Shown here piece after piece: positions 17,542-27,600 of a stretch of 64,000 bases of DNA (the first letter of the stretch is position 1; each line of letters starts with the position of its first letter). The translations under genes and the position numbers were made by a program. Source of the stretch: a virus; IMG/VR virus record IMGVR_UViG_3300020462_000003, positions 1 to 64,000 of that record. The stretch is one strand, 5' to 3'. Below the pieces are notes generated by a model. It did no database searches and had not been told where the DNA came from. It worked only from the letters and a program-made list of their open reading frames with translations.

Positions 17542-18516
17542 ATGCGTAAGTACCTCAACAACTCCAACGTCCCGTTGTCTCTCGCGGTCTTTTTAGCGAC
17601 AGACAATTATGATCACGACTCCGCCACCATCAGTGCTACCACACTGATCAAACCCCTTCGCCAGATCATCCTGGCCTCCCGTGTGCCTCAGGAGCAGGGA
17701 CTGGTCGATATCTCCGGCATGGTCAGCTCCCGTATGGGCAGTGCGATCCATGACAGCATCGAGCAGGCCTGGAAACAGCGTCACGTCGAAGCTATGACTG
17801 CACTGGGCTATCCGGACAAGGTGATCGCCAAGGTGCGTATCAACCCTGCACCTGAAGAACTGGGTCCGGGCGTTATCCCGGTCTACCTGGAGCAACGCGC
17901 CTATCGAGAAATCGAAGGCCGTACCGTGTCGGGCAAGTTCGACTTTGTGGGCGATGGCCGCGTGGAGGATTTCAAGTCCACATCGGTGTACACCTACATC
18001 AACAACACCAACGATGAGAAGTACAAACTTCAGGGCGGTATCTATCGCTGGTTGAATCCGAAGATCATCACGCAAGACACGATGGCTATTCAGTTCATCT
18101 TCACTGACTGGAGTCAGGCCCAGGCCAAGAGTTCTGCGAACTACCCTGCCAGCCGAACACTGGAACATGTGTTGCGTCTGCCCTCTCCGCAATTCATCGA
18201 AGAATTTATCCGAAACAAGATTCGTAATCTGGATAAGTTCTGGAATGCACCGGAAAATGAGATCCCGCTTTGTACTGAAGAAGATCTCTGGCGATCTGCC
18301 CCACAGTTCAAGTACTACAAGAACCCTGCAAAGACCCAACGCTCAACCAAGAACTTCGACAACAAGCAAGATGCTTACTTGCAACTGGCCAATGATGGCA
18401 ATGTCGGCAAAGTGGTTGAAGTGCAAGGTCAGGTTAAGGCATGCCGGTATTGCCCAGGGTTCTACGCCTGCACCCAGAAAGATAAATACATCGAATCGGG
18501 TGAACTTCAGCTTTAA
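17542..18516 (+). CDS. PD-(D/E)XK nuclease (N4 gp42-like)
   Basis: MGSAIH, E.R, SGKFD...EDFKST, C-terminal CRYC...C; upstream of the primase. Confidence 0.8.
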   Translation: MRKYLNNSNVPLSLAVFLATDNYDHDSATISATTLIKPLRQIILASRVPQEQGLVDISGMVSSRMGSAIHDSIEQAWKQRHVEAMTALGYPDKVIAKVRINPAPEELGPGVIPVYLEQRAYREIEGRTVSGKFDFVGDGRVEDFKSTSVYTYINNTNDEKYKLQGGIYRWLNPKIITQDTMAIQFIFTDWSQAQAKSSANYPASRTLEHVLRLPSPQFIEEFIRNKIRNLDKFWNAPENEIPLCTEEDLWRSAPQFKYYKNPAKTQRSTKNFDNKQDAYLQLANDGNVGKVVEVQGQVKACRYCPGFYACTQKDKYIESGELQL

Positions 18517-18534
18517 CCACAACAGGAGTGCTCC

Positions 18535-20676
18535 ATGCTTCCCGTCAATCAGATGCCGTACCACCCCACGGCAGAACAACTCGTGCAGATCCTTTGCAAC
18601 CGTACCCAGAACACGGAGCCGTTATTCTTCCGCGTCCTGGTCGGTTACTACTTCGCCGTAGTGGCCTCGCAGATGCGCTGCATCATCGGCACACCTGACC
18701 GTGGGGATATTCCAGTCAACGTCTATGCGTTGAACCTGTCCCCTTCCGGCACCGGCAAGGGCCACTCCACCAGCATCATCGAGGACGAGGTGATACATCA
18801 GTTCCGCGACCGCTTCCTGGAAGAGACCTTTCCCCTGCTGGCTGATCGTAACCTGCCGGTACTGGCTAACAAGCGTGCCGTGCGCAAGAACAGCGATCCG
18901 GATGAGGAGCTGATCCGTGTGCAGAAGGAATTCGAGCAGCTGGGTTCCCTGCTGTTCAGCTTCGACTCTGGTACCAGCCCTGCAGTCAAGCAAATGCGCC
19001 ACAAGCTGCTGATGGCGGATGCCGGTGCAGTGAACCTGGAGATCGACGAGATCGGTTTGAACCTGGTGGGCAACACCGAGGTGCTGACTGTGTTCCTTGA
19101 GCTATACGACAAGGGCAAGGTCAAGACCAAGCTGGTCAAGTCGACTTCCGACAACTCACGCTTCGAGGAGATCAAGGGCACCACGCCGACCAACATGATG
19201 CTCTTCGGTACACCGTCCAAGCTGTTCGACGGTGCGGCCACTGAGCAGGCTCTGTACTCGATGCTGGATACCGGCTACGCACGTCGCTGCCTGTTTGGCT
19301 ATCTCAAAGGTGCCAGCAAGAATCTGGATCTGACTCCGGAGGAGGTCTACGACCTGCAAACCAGCCAGCAGACCAACCAGTTCCTCGAAGAGCTGGCCGA
19401 TAAGCTGGAACGCCTGGCCGATATCATCAACGCCAACAAGCGTCTGGTGATGAGCCGGGACACCAGCCTGGAGCTGATCCAGTACAAGCTGCTGTGTGAG
19501 AAGCAGGCCGACGCCATGCCTGAGCACGACGAGATCCGCAAGGCCGAGCTGTCACACCGTTACTTCAAGGCGCTCAAGCTGGCTGGTGCTTATGCCTTTG
19601 TGGACGACTCACCTGAGCTGACCCTGAGCCATCTGCACAACGCTATCCGACTGGTGGAGGACAGTGGCTTTGCCTTTGGGCAGATGCTCTCGCGTGATCG
19701 TCCATACGTGAAGCTAGCCAAGTACCTGGCTTCCATCGGCAAGGAAGTGACTCAGGCTGATCTGGTTGAAGACCTGCCCTACTACAAGGGGTCTGCTAGC
19801 CAGAAGCAGGAGATGCTGACGCTCGCCACGGCCTACGGCTACAAGAACAACATCATCATCAAGAAGGCGTTCAACGACGGCATCGAGTTCCTGCGTGGCG
19901 AAAGCCTCAAGGAAACCGACCTGGACAAGATGGTGGTGAGCTATTCCAGCGATATGACCACCGGCTACAACAACGAGACGGCACCGTTCGACAAGCTGCA
20001 CCTGCTGACTCAGGCCCCAGGCATGCACTGGATCAACCATCACCTCAAGGGTGGTTACCGCAACGAGGACAACGCTGAACCCGGCTTCAACCTGCTGGTT
20101 ATCGACGTGGACGGCACCTGCAACCTGAACACAGCCAAGCTGCTGCTCAAGGATTACAAGGCGCTGTACTACACCACCAAGAGCCACACCGACCAGAACC
20201 ACCGGTATCGCATCATCCTGCCGACCAACTTCGAGTTGAAGATGGATGCCAAGGACTACAAGGAGTTCTACAACAACGTCCTGCAGTGGCTGCCATTCGA
20301 TGCTGATCCCTCTGCTGCCCATCGGTGCAAGAAGTGGCTGACCAAACCCGGTCACTACGAATACACCGAAGGCGATGTGTTCGATGTTCTGCCCTTCATT
20401 CCGAAGACCAGCAAGAACGAAGAGCGCAAGCAACGATTCGACTCGCAACAGTCGCTAGACAACTTGGAACGCTGGGTCATCAACAATACCGGCGATGGTA
20501 ACCGCAACAACATGTTGCTGCGTTACGCCATGATTCTCATGGACGCCAACTTCGACTTCGACGGTATCCGCTCTCGCGTGGTGTCGTTGAATGACAAGTT
20601 GCCAGACAAGTTGGACGAAGTGGAGATCATGAGTTCCATCATGGTCACGGTCGGCAAAGCACTCTCCAAGCGGTGA
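18535..20676 (+). CDS. DNA primase (N4 gp43-like, PriCT-type C-terminus)
   Basis: SGTGKG P-loop, IDVDG, YYTTKSH...RYRIILP, GNRNNML. Confidence 0.85.
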   Translation: MLPVNQMPYHPTAEQLVQILCNRTQNTEPLFFRVLVGYYFAVVASQMRCIIGTPDRGDIPVNVYALNLSPSGTGKGHSTSIIEDEVIHQFRDRFLEETFPLLADRNLPVLANKRAVRKNSDPDEELIRVQKEFEQLGSLLFSFDSGTSPAVKQMRHKLLMADAGAVNLEIDEIGLNLVGNTEVLTVFLELYDKGKVKTKLVKSTSDNSRFEEIKGTTPTNMMLFGTPSKLFDGAATEQALYSMLDTGYARRCLFGYLKGASKNLDLTPEEVYDLQTSQQTNQFLEELADKLERLADIINANKRLVMSRDTSLELIQYKLLCEKQADAMPEHDEIRKAELSHRYFKALKLAGAYAFVDDSPELTLSHLHNAIRLVEDSGFAFGQMLSRDRPYVKLAKYLASIGKEVTQADLVEDLPYYKGSASQKQEMLTLATAYGYKNNIIIKKAFNDGIEFLRGESLKETDLDKMVVSYSSDMTTGYNNETAPFDKLHLLTQAPGMHWINHHLKGGYRNEDNAEPGFNLLVIDVDGTCNLNTAKLLLKDYKALYYTTKSHTDQNHRYRIILPTNFELKMDAKDYKEFYNNVLQWLPFDADPSAAHRCKKWLTKPGHYEYTEGDVFDVLPFIPKTSKNEERKQRFDSQQSLDNLERWVINNTGDGNRNNMLLRYAMILMDANFDFDGIRSRVVSLNDKLPDKLDEVEIMSSIMVTVGKALSKR

Positions 20677-20789
20677 GTGTGTCCACCTACCCCAAGTTCT
20701 CTTGGGGTTCCTTTTCTTATTCAGAAGCCCGGCTAAGTCATGACGACTACATGGACTCACTCGGCTTCTGTTTATCGGAGATAGCAAAC

Positions 20790-21281
20790 ATGGGTTGCGA
20801 TATTCATTGGCACTCGGAAACCAAGAAAGATGGCGTCTGGGTGTGTGACCAAGCTGCAAGTTTCAAGATCAATCCACCTGAGTACGACGGTCAAGGGGAA
20901 TATCCTGAAATGGATAAATTGCCGGGCCGTACTCGTGACTACTGGTTCTTCGGCCTGCTGAACAACGGTGTCCGCACCAACTGGCCGTGGTCGTTCCCGT
21001 ACACCTGTGACATTCCGTACGACACGTCCAGTGAAGTGAGGGCCATCGTTCAACACTGGGACGAGGACGGCCACTCCCAAGGAGTCCGCACCCAGGCCGA
21101 ACTGATCGCCAAGCTCGAAGAACTGAATCTCGCCCGTGCCCAGCTGCTGATCGCCCCCAGCGAAGATGCCTCGATCCACAACGTCGACCACCTGATCGCG
21201 CGACTGGAAGAAACCCTGGCCACCCTCGGTGCCACGGACACTCCGGACGATCGCCGCATCGTGTTCTGGTTCGGCAACTGA
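20790..21281 (+). CDS. Hypothetical phage protein
   Basis: MGCDIH...RDY..FGLL..VR...D.HS...RIVFWF family pattern; GGAG RBS. Confidence 0.7.
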   Translation: MGCDIHWHSETKKDGVWVCDQAASFKINPPEYDGQGEYPEMDKLPGRTRDYWFFGLLNNGVRTNWPWSFPYTCDIPYDTSSEVRAIVQHWDEDGHSQGVRTQAELIAKLEELNLARAQLLIAPSEDASIHNVDHLIARLEETLATLGATDTPDDRRIVFWFGN

Positions 21282-21331
21282 CCTTCAGGTGCCCTCCGGG
21301 CACTTGGCGAATTCCCACCAAGGAGTCTGAA

Positions 21332-22057
21332 ATGACCCAAGTAAACGACCACCTGATCCTGTTGTGTGGCAAATCGGCGACCGGCAAATCCGCTTCGCTG
21401 ATGGGCCTGCGAGATCCGGAAGGCGTGATGTACCTGAACTGTGAAGCCGGCAAGAAACTACCGTTCCGCGCCAAGTTCCGTCAGTACACCATCACCGATC
21501 CGCATCAGATCTTCGAAGCCTTCCAAGTGGCCGAGAACGATCCGACCAACCACACCATCGTGGTGGACTCGCTGACCTATCTGCTGGATATGTACGAGTC
21601 GCTGTTCGTGCTGAACTCAGCCAACTCCATGAAGGCCTGGGGCGACTTTGCCCAGTACTTCAAGCAGCTCATGCAACAGCATGTAGCCAAGTCCACCAAA
21701 AACGTGATCTTCATTGCTCACACCCGCGACACTGTGAACGAATCAGAGATGATTCTGGAAACATGTGTGCCGGTGAAGGGTGCATTGAAGAACAACGGTA
21801 TCGAAAGCTACTTCACAGTAGTAATCGCATCGAAGAAAGTTCCACTCAAGAACTTGAAGGACTATTCTTCGCCGCTGTTGAACATCACTCCGGAAGAAGA
21901 GGCACTTGGTTTCAAGTACGTCTTCCAGTGCAAGCTGACCAAAGACACTGTAGGCGAACGCCTGCGTGGTCCACTTGGTTTGTTCGACACGTCCGAGACG
22001 TTCACCGACAACAACCTGCAGGGGATCATCGATCGCCTGCGCAGTTACTACGACTGA
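21332..22057 (+). CDS. Sak4-like ssDNA-annealing AAA ATPase (N4 gp44-like)
   Basis: GKSATGKS, LNCEAGK.LPF, VVDSLT, FIAH. Confidence 0.85.
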   Translation: MTQVNDHLILLCGKSATGKSASLMGLRDPEGVMYLNCEAGKKLPFRAKFRQYTITDPHQIFEAFQVAENDPTNHTIVVDSLTYLLDMYESLFVLNSANSMKAWGDFAQYFKQLMQQHVAKSTKNVIFIAHTRDTVNESEMILETCVPVKGALKNNGIESYFTVVIASKKVPLKNLKDYSSPLLNITPEEEALGFKYVFQCKLTKDTVGERLRGPLGLFDTSETFTDNNLQGIIDRLRSYYD

Positions 22058-22119
22058 TTCAACTCTCCCCAGGCGAATGATCGCCAAGCTCCCACTTAAT
22101 TCAACAAAGGGTAATTACT

Positions 22120-22866
22120 ATGTCTCTTCTCGCTGCTCTGACTACTACTGATGAAATCGCCACTGCCAAAGACTCCGTTGGCGGTTCCCGTGTCCGCGAC
22201 TCTGGCCTGTATCCACTGAAAGTGGCTCTGGCCTATGTCACCAAATCCAGTGGTGGTGCCATGGCACTGAATGTCACCTTCAAGGATGACGACGGTGAAG
22301 TGCGCCAGCAGTTCTGGATGACTTCCGGCACTGCCAAAGGCGGTCACAACTACTACATCGACAAGCAGAACCAGAAGCAATACCTGCCTGGTTTCATCCA
22401 TGCCAATGCCCTGACCCTGCTGACCCTCGGCAAGGAGATCGGCTCGCTGGATACCGAGAAGAAGGTGATCAACCTGTACTCGGCTGAATCCAAGGCTGAA
22501 GTACCAACTCAGGTCGACATGCTGATGGACCTGGTGGGTCAGGAAGTCCTGGTTGGCCTGATCAAGCAGACCGTCGACAAGAACGTCAAGGATGCTGCAG
22601 GCAACTACATTCCGTCCGGTGAAACCCGTGAGGAGAACGAGGTCGACAAGATCTTCCGCCTCAAGGACAAGATGACCGAAGCGGAAATCCGTGCGCAGGC
22701 TGAACAAGCCAACTTCTTCGCCGTCTGGGAGCAGAAGTGGGCTGGCAAGGTCAAGGACAAGACCACCAAGGGTGCCAACACCGGTACTGCTGGTGCTCCA
22801 CGTCCAGCAGCTGCAGCCGGTGGCAACAGCCGTCCGACCACCAGCCTGTTCGGCGCTCAGGCGTAA
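22120..22866 (+). CDS. Single-stranded DNA-binding protein (N4 gp45-like)
   Basis: Synteny; YLPGF..AN, ETREENE.DK.F, C-terminal SLF. Confidence 0.85.
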   Translation: MSLLAALTTTDEIATAKDSVGGSRVRDSGLYPLKVALAYVTKSSGGAMALNVTFKDDDGEVRQQFWMTSGTAKGGHNYYIDKQNQKQYLPGFIHANALTLLTLGKEIGSLDTEKKVINLYSAESKAEVPTQVDMLMDLVGQEVLVGLIKQTVDKNVKDAAGNYIPSGETREENEVDKIFRLKDKMTEAEIRAQAEQANFFAVWEQKWAGKVKDKTTKGANTGTAGAPRPAAAAGGNSRPTTSLFGAQA

Positions 22867-22887
22867 CACCCTCCCCGCAACACCCAC

Positions 22888-22912
22888 AAGGGCCGGGCAA
22901 CTGGCCCTTTTT
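22888..22912 (+). terminator. Intrinsic terminator after ssb
   Basis: AAGGGCCGG-GCAA-CTGGCCCTTTTT. Confidence 0.8.
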
Positions 22913-22934
22913 CATTTCTGCTCACGAGGTGTAC

Positions 22935-23210
22935 ATGAGCGAAACCATCGAGATCAAAACAGCTGACCAGTTCGCTACCCTGATCAGTCACTGGCATGCC
23001 AACCGCATGGCTCAACTGGGCCAGATGCAACAGGTGCCGGATGAGGTAGAGATCTGTCAGCCAGGCGAGAACGGCGAAGACGTGCCTATGACTGCCGAAC
23101 AGCGTGAAGGCTTCAAGGCTGGACTGATCGTGGCCAAGGCCCTGTTCGCTGAGCTGCCCTTCATGGGCATTTCGGATGAAGAGGAAGCCCCGCTGAGCGC
23201 AGCTGGATGA
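22935..23210 (+). CDS. Hypothetical protein
   Basis: GAGG RBS before ATG 22935. Confidence 0.65.
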   Translation: MSETIEIKTADQFATLISHWHANRMAQLGQMQQVPDEVEICQPGENGEDVPMTAEQREGFKAGLIVAKALFAELPFMGISDEEEAPLSAAG

Positions 23211-23782
23211 GTCTGCTCCAGGTTGTAGGTATGGACCCTTCGTTACGCAACTGGGGCATCGCCAAAGGCACGTTGACTGTGGGGCTGCATTCCAGCCTCA
23301 CGATCAGCCACCTGGACGTGATCCAGCCGGTACTTTCCACCGGCAAGCAGGTACGCCAGAACAGCCTGGATCTGGAGTCTGCCCGTCAGCTCGCAGCACA
23401 GGCTCTGGCTGCCGCTCAGGGCGCTCACGCGATCTTCGTCGAGGTGCCGGTCGGTAGCCAGTCCGCACGCGCAATGGCCTCTTACGGCATCTGCGTGGGC
23501 GTGCTGGGTGCCCTTCGAGCCAGTGGGATTCCCTTCTTCGAGGTCACCCCGAACGAAGTGAAGATGATCTCCGTGGGCAAGAAGACGGCCACCAAGAGCG
23601 AGATGATCCAGTGGGCGTATGCCCGTCACCCCGAGGCCAAATGGCCCACCTACAAGCAGCACGGACAGGACGTGATCAGCGAAGCCAAAGCTGAGCACAT
23701 GGCCGATGCCGTGGCTGCCATTCACGCTGGCCTGGCCAGCAACCCATTTCAACAAACGCTGCCGTTCCTACGTGCGGCATGA
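23207..23782 (+). CDS. RuvC-like Holliday junction resolvase
   Basis: VGMDPSLRNWG, FVEVP, P.EVK, A.K.EM, ADAVA. Confidence 0.85.
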   Translation: MSLLQVVGMDPSLRNWGIAKGTLTVGLHSSLTISHLDVIQPVLSTGKQVRQNSLDLESARQLAAQALAAAQGAHAIFVEVPVGSQSARAMASYGICVGVLGALRASGIPFFEVTPNEVKMISVGKKTATKSEMIQWAYARHPEAKWPTYKQHGQDVISEAKAEHMADAVAAIHAGLASNPFQQTLPFLRAA

Positions 23783-23793
23783 GAGGACTCAAC

Positions 23794-24162
23794 ATGCTGA
23801 TCAAACTGAAACAATCCGAGATCGAAGAAGCCCTACGCGACTTCATCGTCAAGCAAGGCTTCAACCTCGATCGCAAGACCGTGGACATTTCCTTCACTGC
23901 CGGTCGTGGTGATAGCGGCATGACTGCTGACCTGGACATTCATGACGCTGCTGCCGTGAGCGGTGGTGTATCGGGTGGTGCCCCGTGCAGCCCGGTCTAC
24001 GAAACCCCGGCTGACACCAGTCCGGTCAACGAGATCGTCGAGCAATCGACTGCTCAGCTGCGTGTGGTGGACGCCTCGCCAGCTCCGGAAGACGTGCTGC
24101 CTGATCCTCAGGAAGAAGAAGAGCCGGTGGTCAGCACCAAGCAAAGCCTGTTCGGCGGCTGA
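23794..24162 (+). CDS. Conserved N4-like hypothetical protein
   Basis: I.L.QSEIEEA...FTAGRG; acidic tail ending SLFGG. Confidence 0.65.
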   Translation: MLIKLKQSEIEEALRDFIVKQGFNLDRKTVDISFTAGRGDSGMTADLDIHDAAAVSGGVSGGAPCSPVYETPADTSPVNEIVEQSTAQLRVVDASPAPEDVLPDPQEEEEPVVSTKQSLFGG

Positions 24163-24164
24163 CC

Positions 24165-24365
24165 ATGAATGCCCTCAAGGGGATGATCTTCGTGCCACTC
24201 GCAATCGTCTTCATGGGGGCGTGTTATGTGAGTAGCATGATCATTGGTTGGCTCTTTGCCATCCTGACCACAGTGGGGATCGTCATAGTAATCGTTGCAG
24301 TTATCCTGCATGGTCTCTATACGTACATCACCCAATCAGGTAAAAAGCCTCCTCGAAAGCAGTGA
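24165..24365 (+). CDS. Small membrane protein
   Basis: Long hydrophobic stretch with basic C-terminus. Confidence 0.6.
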   Translation: MNALKGMIFVPLAIVFMGACYVSSMIIGWLFAILTTVGIVIVIVAVILHGLYTYITQSGKKPPRKQ

Positions 24366-24377
24366 TGCTTTCAAAGA

Positions 24378-24590
24378 GTGGTGGGGCGTTCGACGCAAGT
24401 CGTCACACCTGACAGCCGGGAATAGACCGGCACCCTTCTCTATCGGGGAGTGTTCTGTCCTGCAGTTGCCACAGCAGGTCGAGGATGAAACCTACGAACC
24501 AAGCAGCCCCTGGCGGTGAGCTTTTGCAGCGTTGGAAGAATGAACGGTGGGCTGTTGAAGAGACCACACCTCCGGACAGAACATTCCCCC
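24378..24590 (+). ncRNA. Candidate structured RNA(s)
   Basis: 16-bp closing stem 24445-24460/24574-24589 with a G-U pair; GCAA-tetraloop and GCCGG/CCGGC hairpins upstream. Confidence 0.45.
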
Positions 24591-24599
24591 ATACAGAAT

Positions 24600-24623
24600 A
24601 AAGCCCTCCGAAGAGGGCTTTTT
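24600..24623. terminator. Bidirectional terminator at the convergence with the vRNAP gene
   Basis: AAAGCCCTC-CGAA-GAGGGCTTTTT. Confidence 0.85.
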
Positions 24624-24625
24624 CA

Positions 24626-27600
24626 TCACTTGATCAGTGAGCTGATCGCCTGGATAGGCAGGGTTTCATCCCACGCATCCAGCATCTTGAAGGCCCCTAT
24701 ATCCAGTGGGTTGCCAAACTGGTTGACTGCAGCCGAGTCAATCAGTGTCTGAGCACCGTCCAGGTAGCCATCAAAGGCCAGCAACATCAGTGCCCGAGCA
24801 GGGTTCTCTTTCATGAGATCCATGATCACATGCTGGATACGCAGGTAGTACTTGGTGAAGTACACCAGACCCATCCTGTTCGCATAGTCGAGCAGTTGGT
24901 GTGACGGCTTGTCGTAGTTCACGAATGCACGCGACACCTTCAACACTGCATCTTCGTGGCTCAGTGGATTCTTCTTCCGTGAAATCAGCTGCTGGTACAG
25001 GGTGTACCTCGCCACGAAGTCCGACACCTGAGTGCCCTGGCTCAATACGCGGTACAACGCTGTGTCATGCGTAACAAAGGCCACCTTCGCAACAGACTTG
25101 AGCGCATCCGGCACACGGTCGGCGTGTTGTTCCAAGCTCTTCACCCAACGTGACTTGTACGAGTAGTCAGAATCGGCAGTGTCCACGTCCTCAACAATGC
25201 TCGACAGCAGTCCTGCTTCGATCAGGGAACGTACCGGGCTTTTAGCCAGTGTGTTCTCCAGTCGAAGAATCTTCTGCTGCATCTCGCGCACATCCCCTAC
25301 GACAGCACCCGAAGCCAGTTGCGCCTGCAAGGCTGACAGTTCGCTCTCGTCCTTCCGATAGTCCAATACCCCCTGCAATGCCACCCAACTGTTCTTGGCA
25401 ATGTCCACAACAGGCACGCCACTGAGCCACAACTGCGTGTAGTTACTGACCACGTTCCATAGCAGCGTCATGCCCGTCTTGACCACCAGAATGTCCTTGA
25501 CCACCCGGATGACCTCCATCCAGCGATCTTCCCCCCGGCGAATCATCAGTGCTGCACGCTTGGCACGATCTTCCAGATCCACACCGGTATGCCCTTCACG
25601 CTTGAGCTGCCAGCGAACCATCAGGTCCGTCATCTTGAAGAACATGTCTTCAGAGAAGTTACGCTGAGCCTCGTCCAGCTCCATGATCTTCGACAGACTG
25701 TAGGCCGAGTAACCAAACGTCTGGTCGTAAATGTCGTTACGGACCATCAGGTTGTCCGACCCCCAAACATCTCTGAGTGCTTGCTTGGAAGCAGGGGGCA
25801 ATATCCGCCAGGTTTCACGGATCGATGCGTCCTTACTGTCAGGGCCAAAAGTGATATACGCATCCGGGTTTTTTGTGTACTCCTGATCGTACTGATCCTT
25901 CAAGGCTTCAAAGGCTTTGCGGTTCTGCTGAGTCACATTGCTCTTGTCGAAGATGTTCGACTCCAACGCACCTAACAGCAGATCAAAGCTGTTGTTGCGC
26001 TCCAGCAGTTGATCCTTCATCTGCTCGCTCATCAGGTAGCGATACCCTGCAGCCTCACCCACGGCATTGATCACCGGAGCCATGTAGACCTTGCTGTCCT
26101 TGCGTGGATCATAATTCGGGTCGATGGGCTGAGCCTGTACAGCACGGGTGATTGCCCGATTGATTCGCGCCGCATGCTTGTCAACGTACCCGTTACGCGA
26201 ATACAAAGGCGCATGCACTTCCGTGCCTTTGTGGTGCTGACCGGTATAGGTCACCACACCCGTCTGGCGATTAGGCAGTCCTCGATCAGTGAGGCGCAGC
26301 AGCACCAGATCCTTGAGTACAACGTCGGTATCGTCCTGTTCCAACGGACCTACCACCTCATACCCCTGAGCCACCATACGCGCTACTTCAGAAGCCGGAG
26401 CGGTGATAATCTCGGTGTGTGGGTTGTACACCTCCGGCAAATACCCTTTCATCATCAGCAACTCACTGTCTTTGAACAGCTTCTCTGCCGATTCCTTTTG
26501 CATGTGACGGTGCAGTTTGAGAATGACCTCGATACCGTTGCCCTTGTCATCCCGTTCAAGCTCTTTACGCATCACCTGGGCGGCCTGCATACGTTGGTTG
26601 GCATCGGTGTATTCAAGCGCGTAGAGCGAAACCAGTGGATCGAGCACCTTGGCAATCTCACGGCCTTCTTCCAGGGAGACCTTGGTGCTGTCCGGCGTAT
26701 TCAGCCGCAAGGCGATACCCAACGCATTCTGCTGAGTGTTGTAGCCCTTGACCTTTACCGCCATCCGGTAGGCCAGTTGCTTGACGCCCTGGATATATGC
26801 GTCCTTGAACGGGCCACTGAGTTGAGCTTCGTACTGAGCTATAGCCTTGTCACGCGCTGCCTTGTCAGTCATCAGATCCAGCAGACCGGCACTGTCAAAG
26901 GGACCTAGCAGCGATTGCATGTCGGTACGCAAAGCCACCTTGGTGACGGCATCCTTCATTCTCTGAGTGAGGTATTCACCGTTCTCGGCAAAGCTGTCCA
27001 GACTCATTTTGGCGAAGTCGGTCTTGATCTTCATCCGCACCGTTTCCAGGAACTTGGTGCTGAGCAGTAACAGATCCGCCACCTTGTTGCCTTCACGCAT
27101 CTCGTTGATCACACCGGCCATAAGACCCAGCTTGCCCTGGTACAGACGATCCCGCAGCACTTTGCCTGCATCTACCAGCTGCCCTACCTGATCATCGACC
27201 GAGGCGGCAGCTATGCTGCTGGCAGCACGCACAAAAGCATTCTTGTGCTGATCCAGCATAGGCGACTCCAGTACCCTGAGTACCTGTTGCTTGGCCTTGG
27301 TACTCACACCGTCCAGGGCGTCTTCCAGTTGCTCACGGGCCGCACCCACAGGACCTGTACGACGGTTCTGTTTGCGGTACTCCAGGTCCACCAAACGTCG
27401 AGCCAGGACACTCAACTTCTCATCGGCCTGTTGACCGCTGTAGACCTTGAACAGGCGATGCTGCAGTGCATCCAGCAGTTGTTCCCACAGCCACTGGATG
27501 CGTTCCCCCAGCTTCATCTGCGACACCTTGCGTGTGTCTTTATCGGTCTCAAAACTCATCTGGTCATGCAACGGCTCCCAGACCATAGCCAGTGCAGCGA

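Noticed and set aside
24376-24436. tRNA gene
   Set aside because: No cloverleaf, anticodon arm or CCA; no tRNA recognised anywhere in the window.
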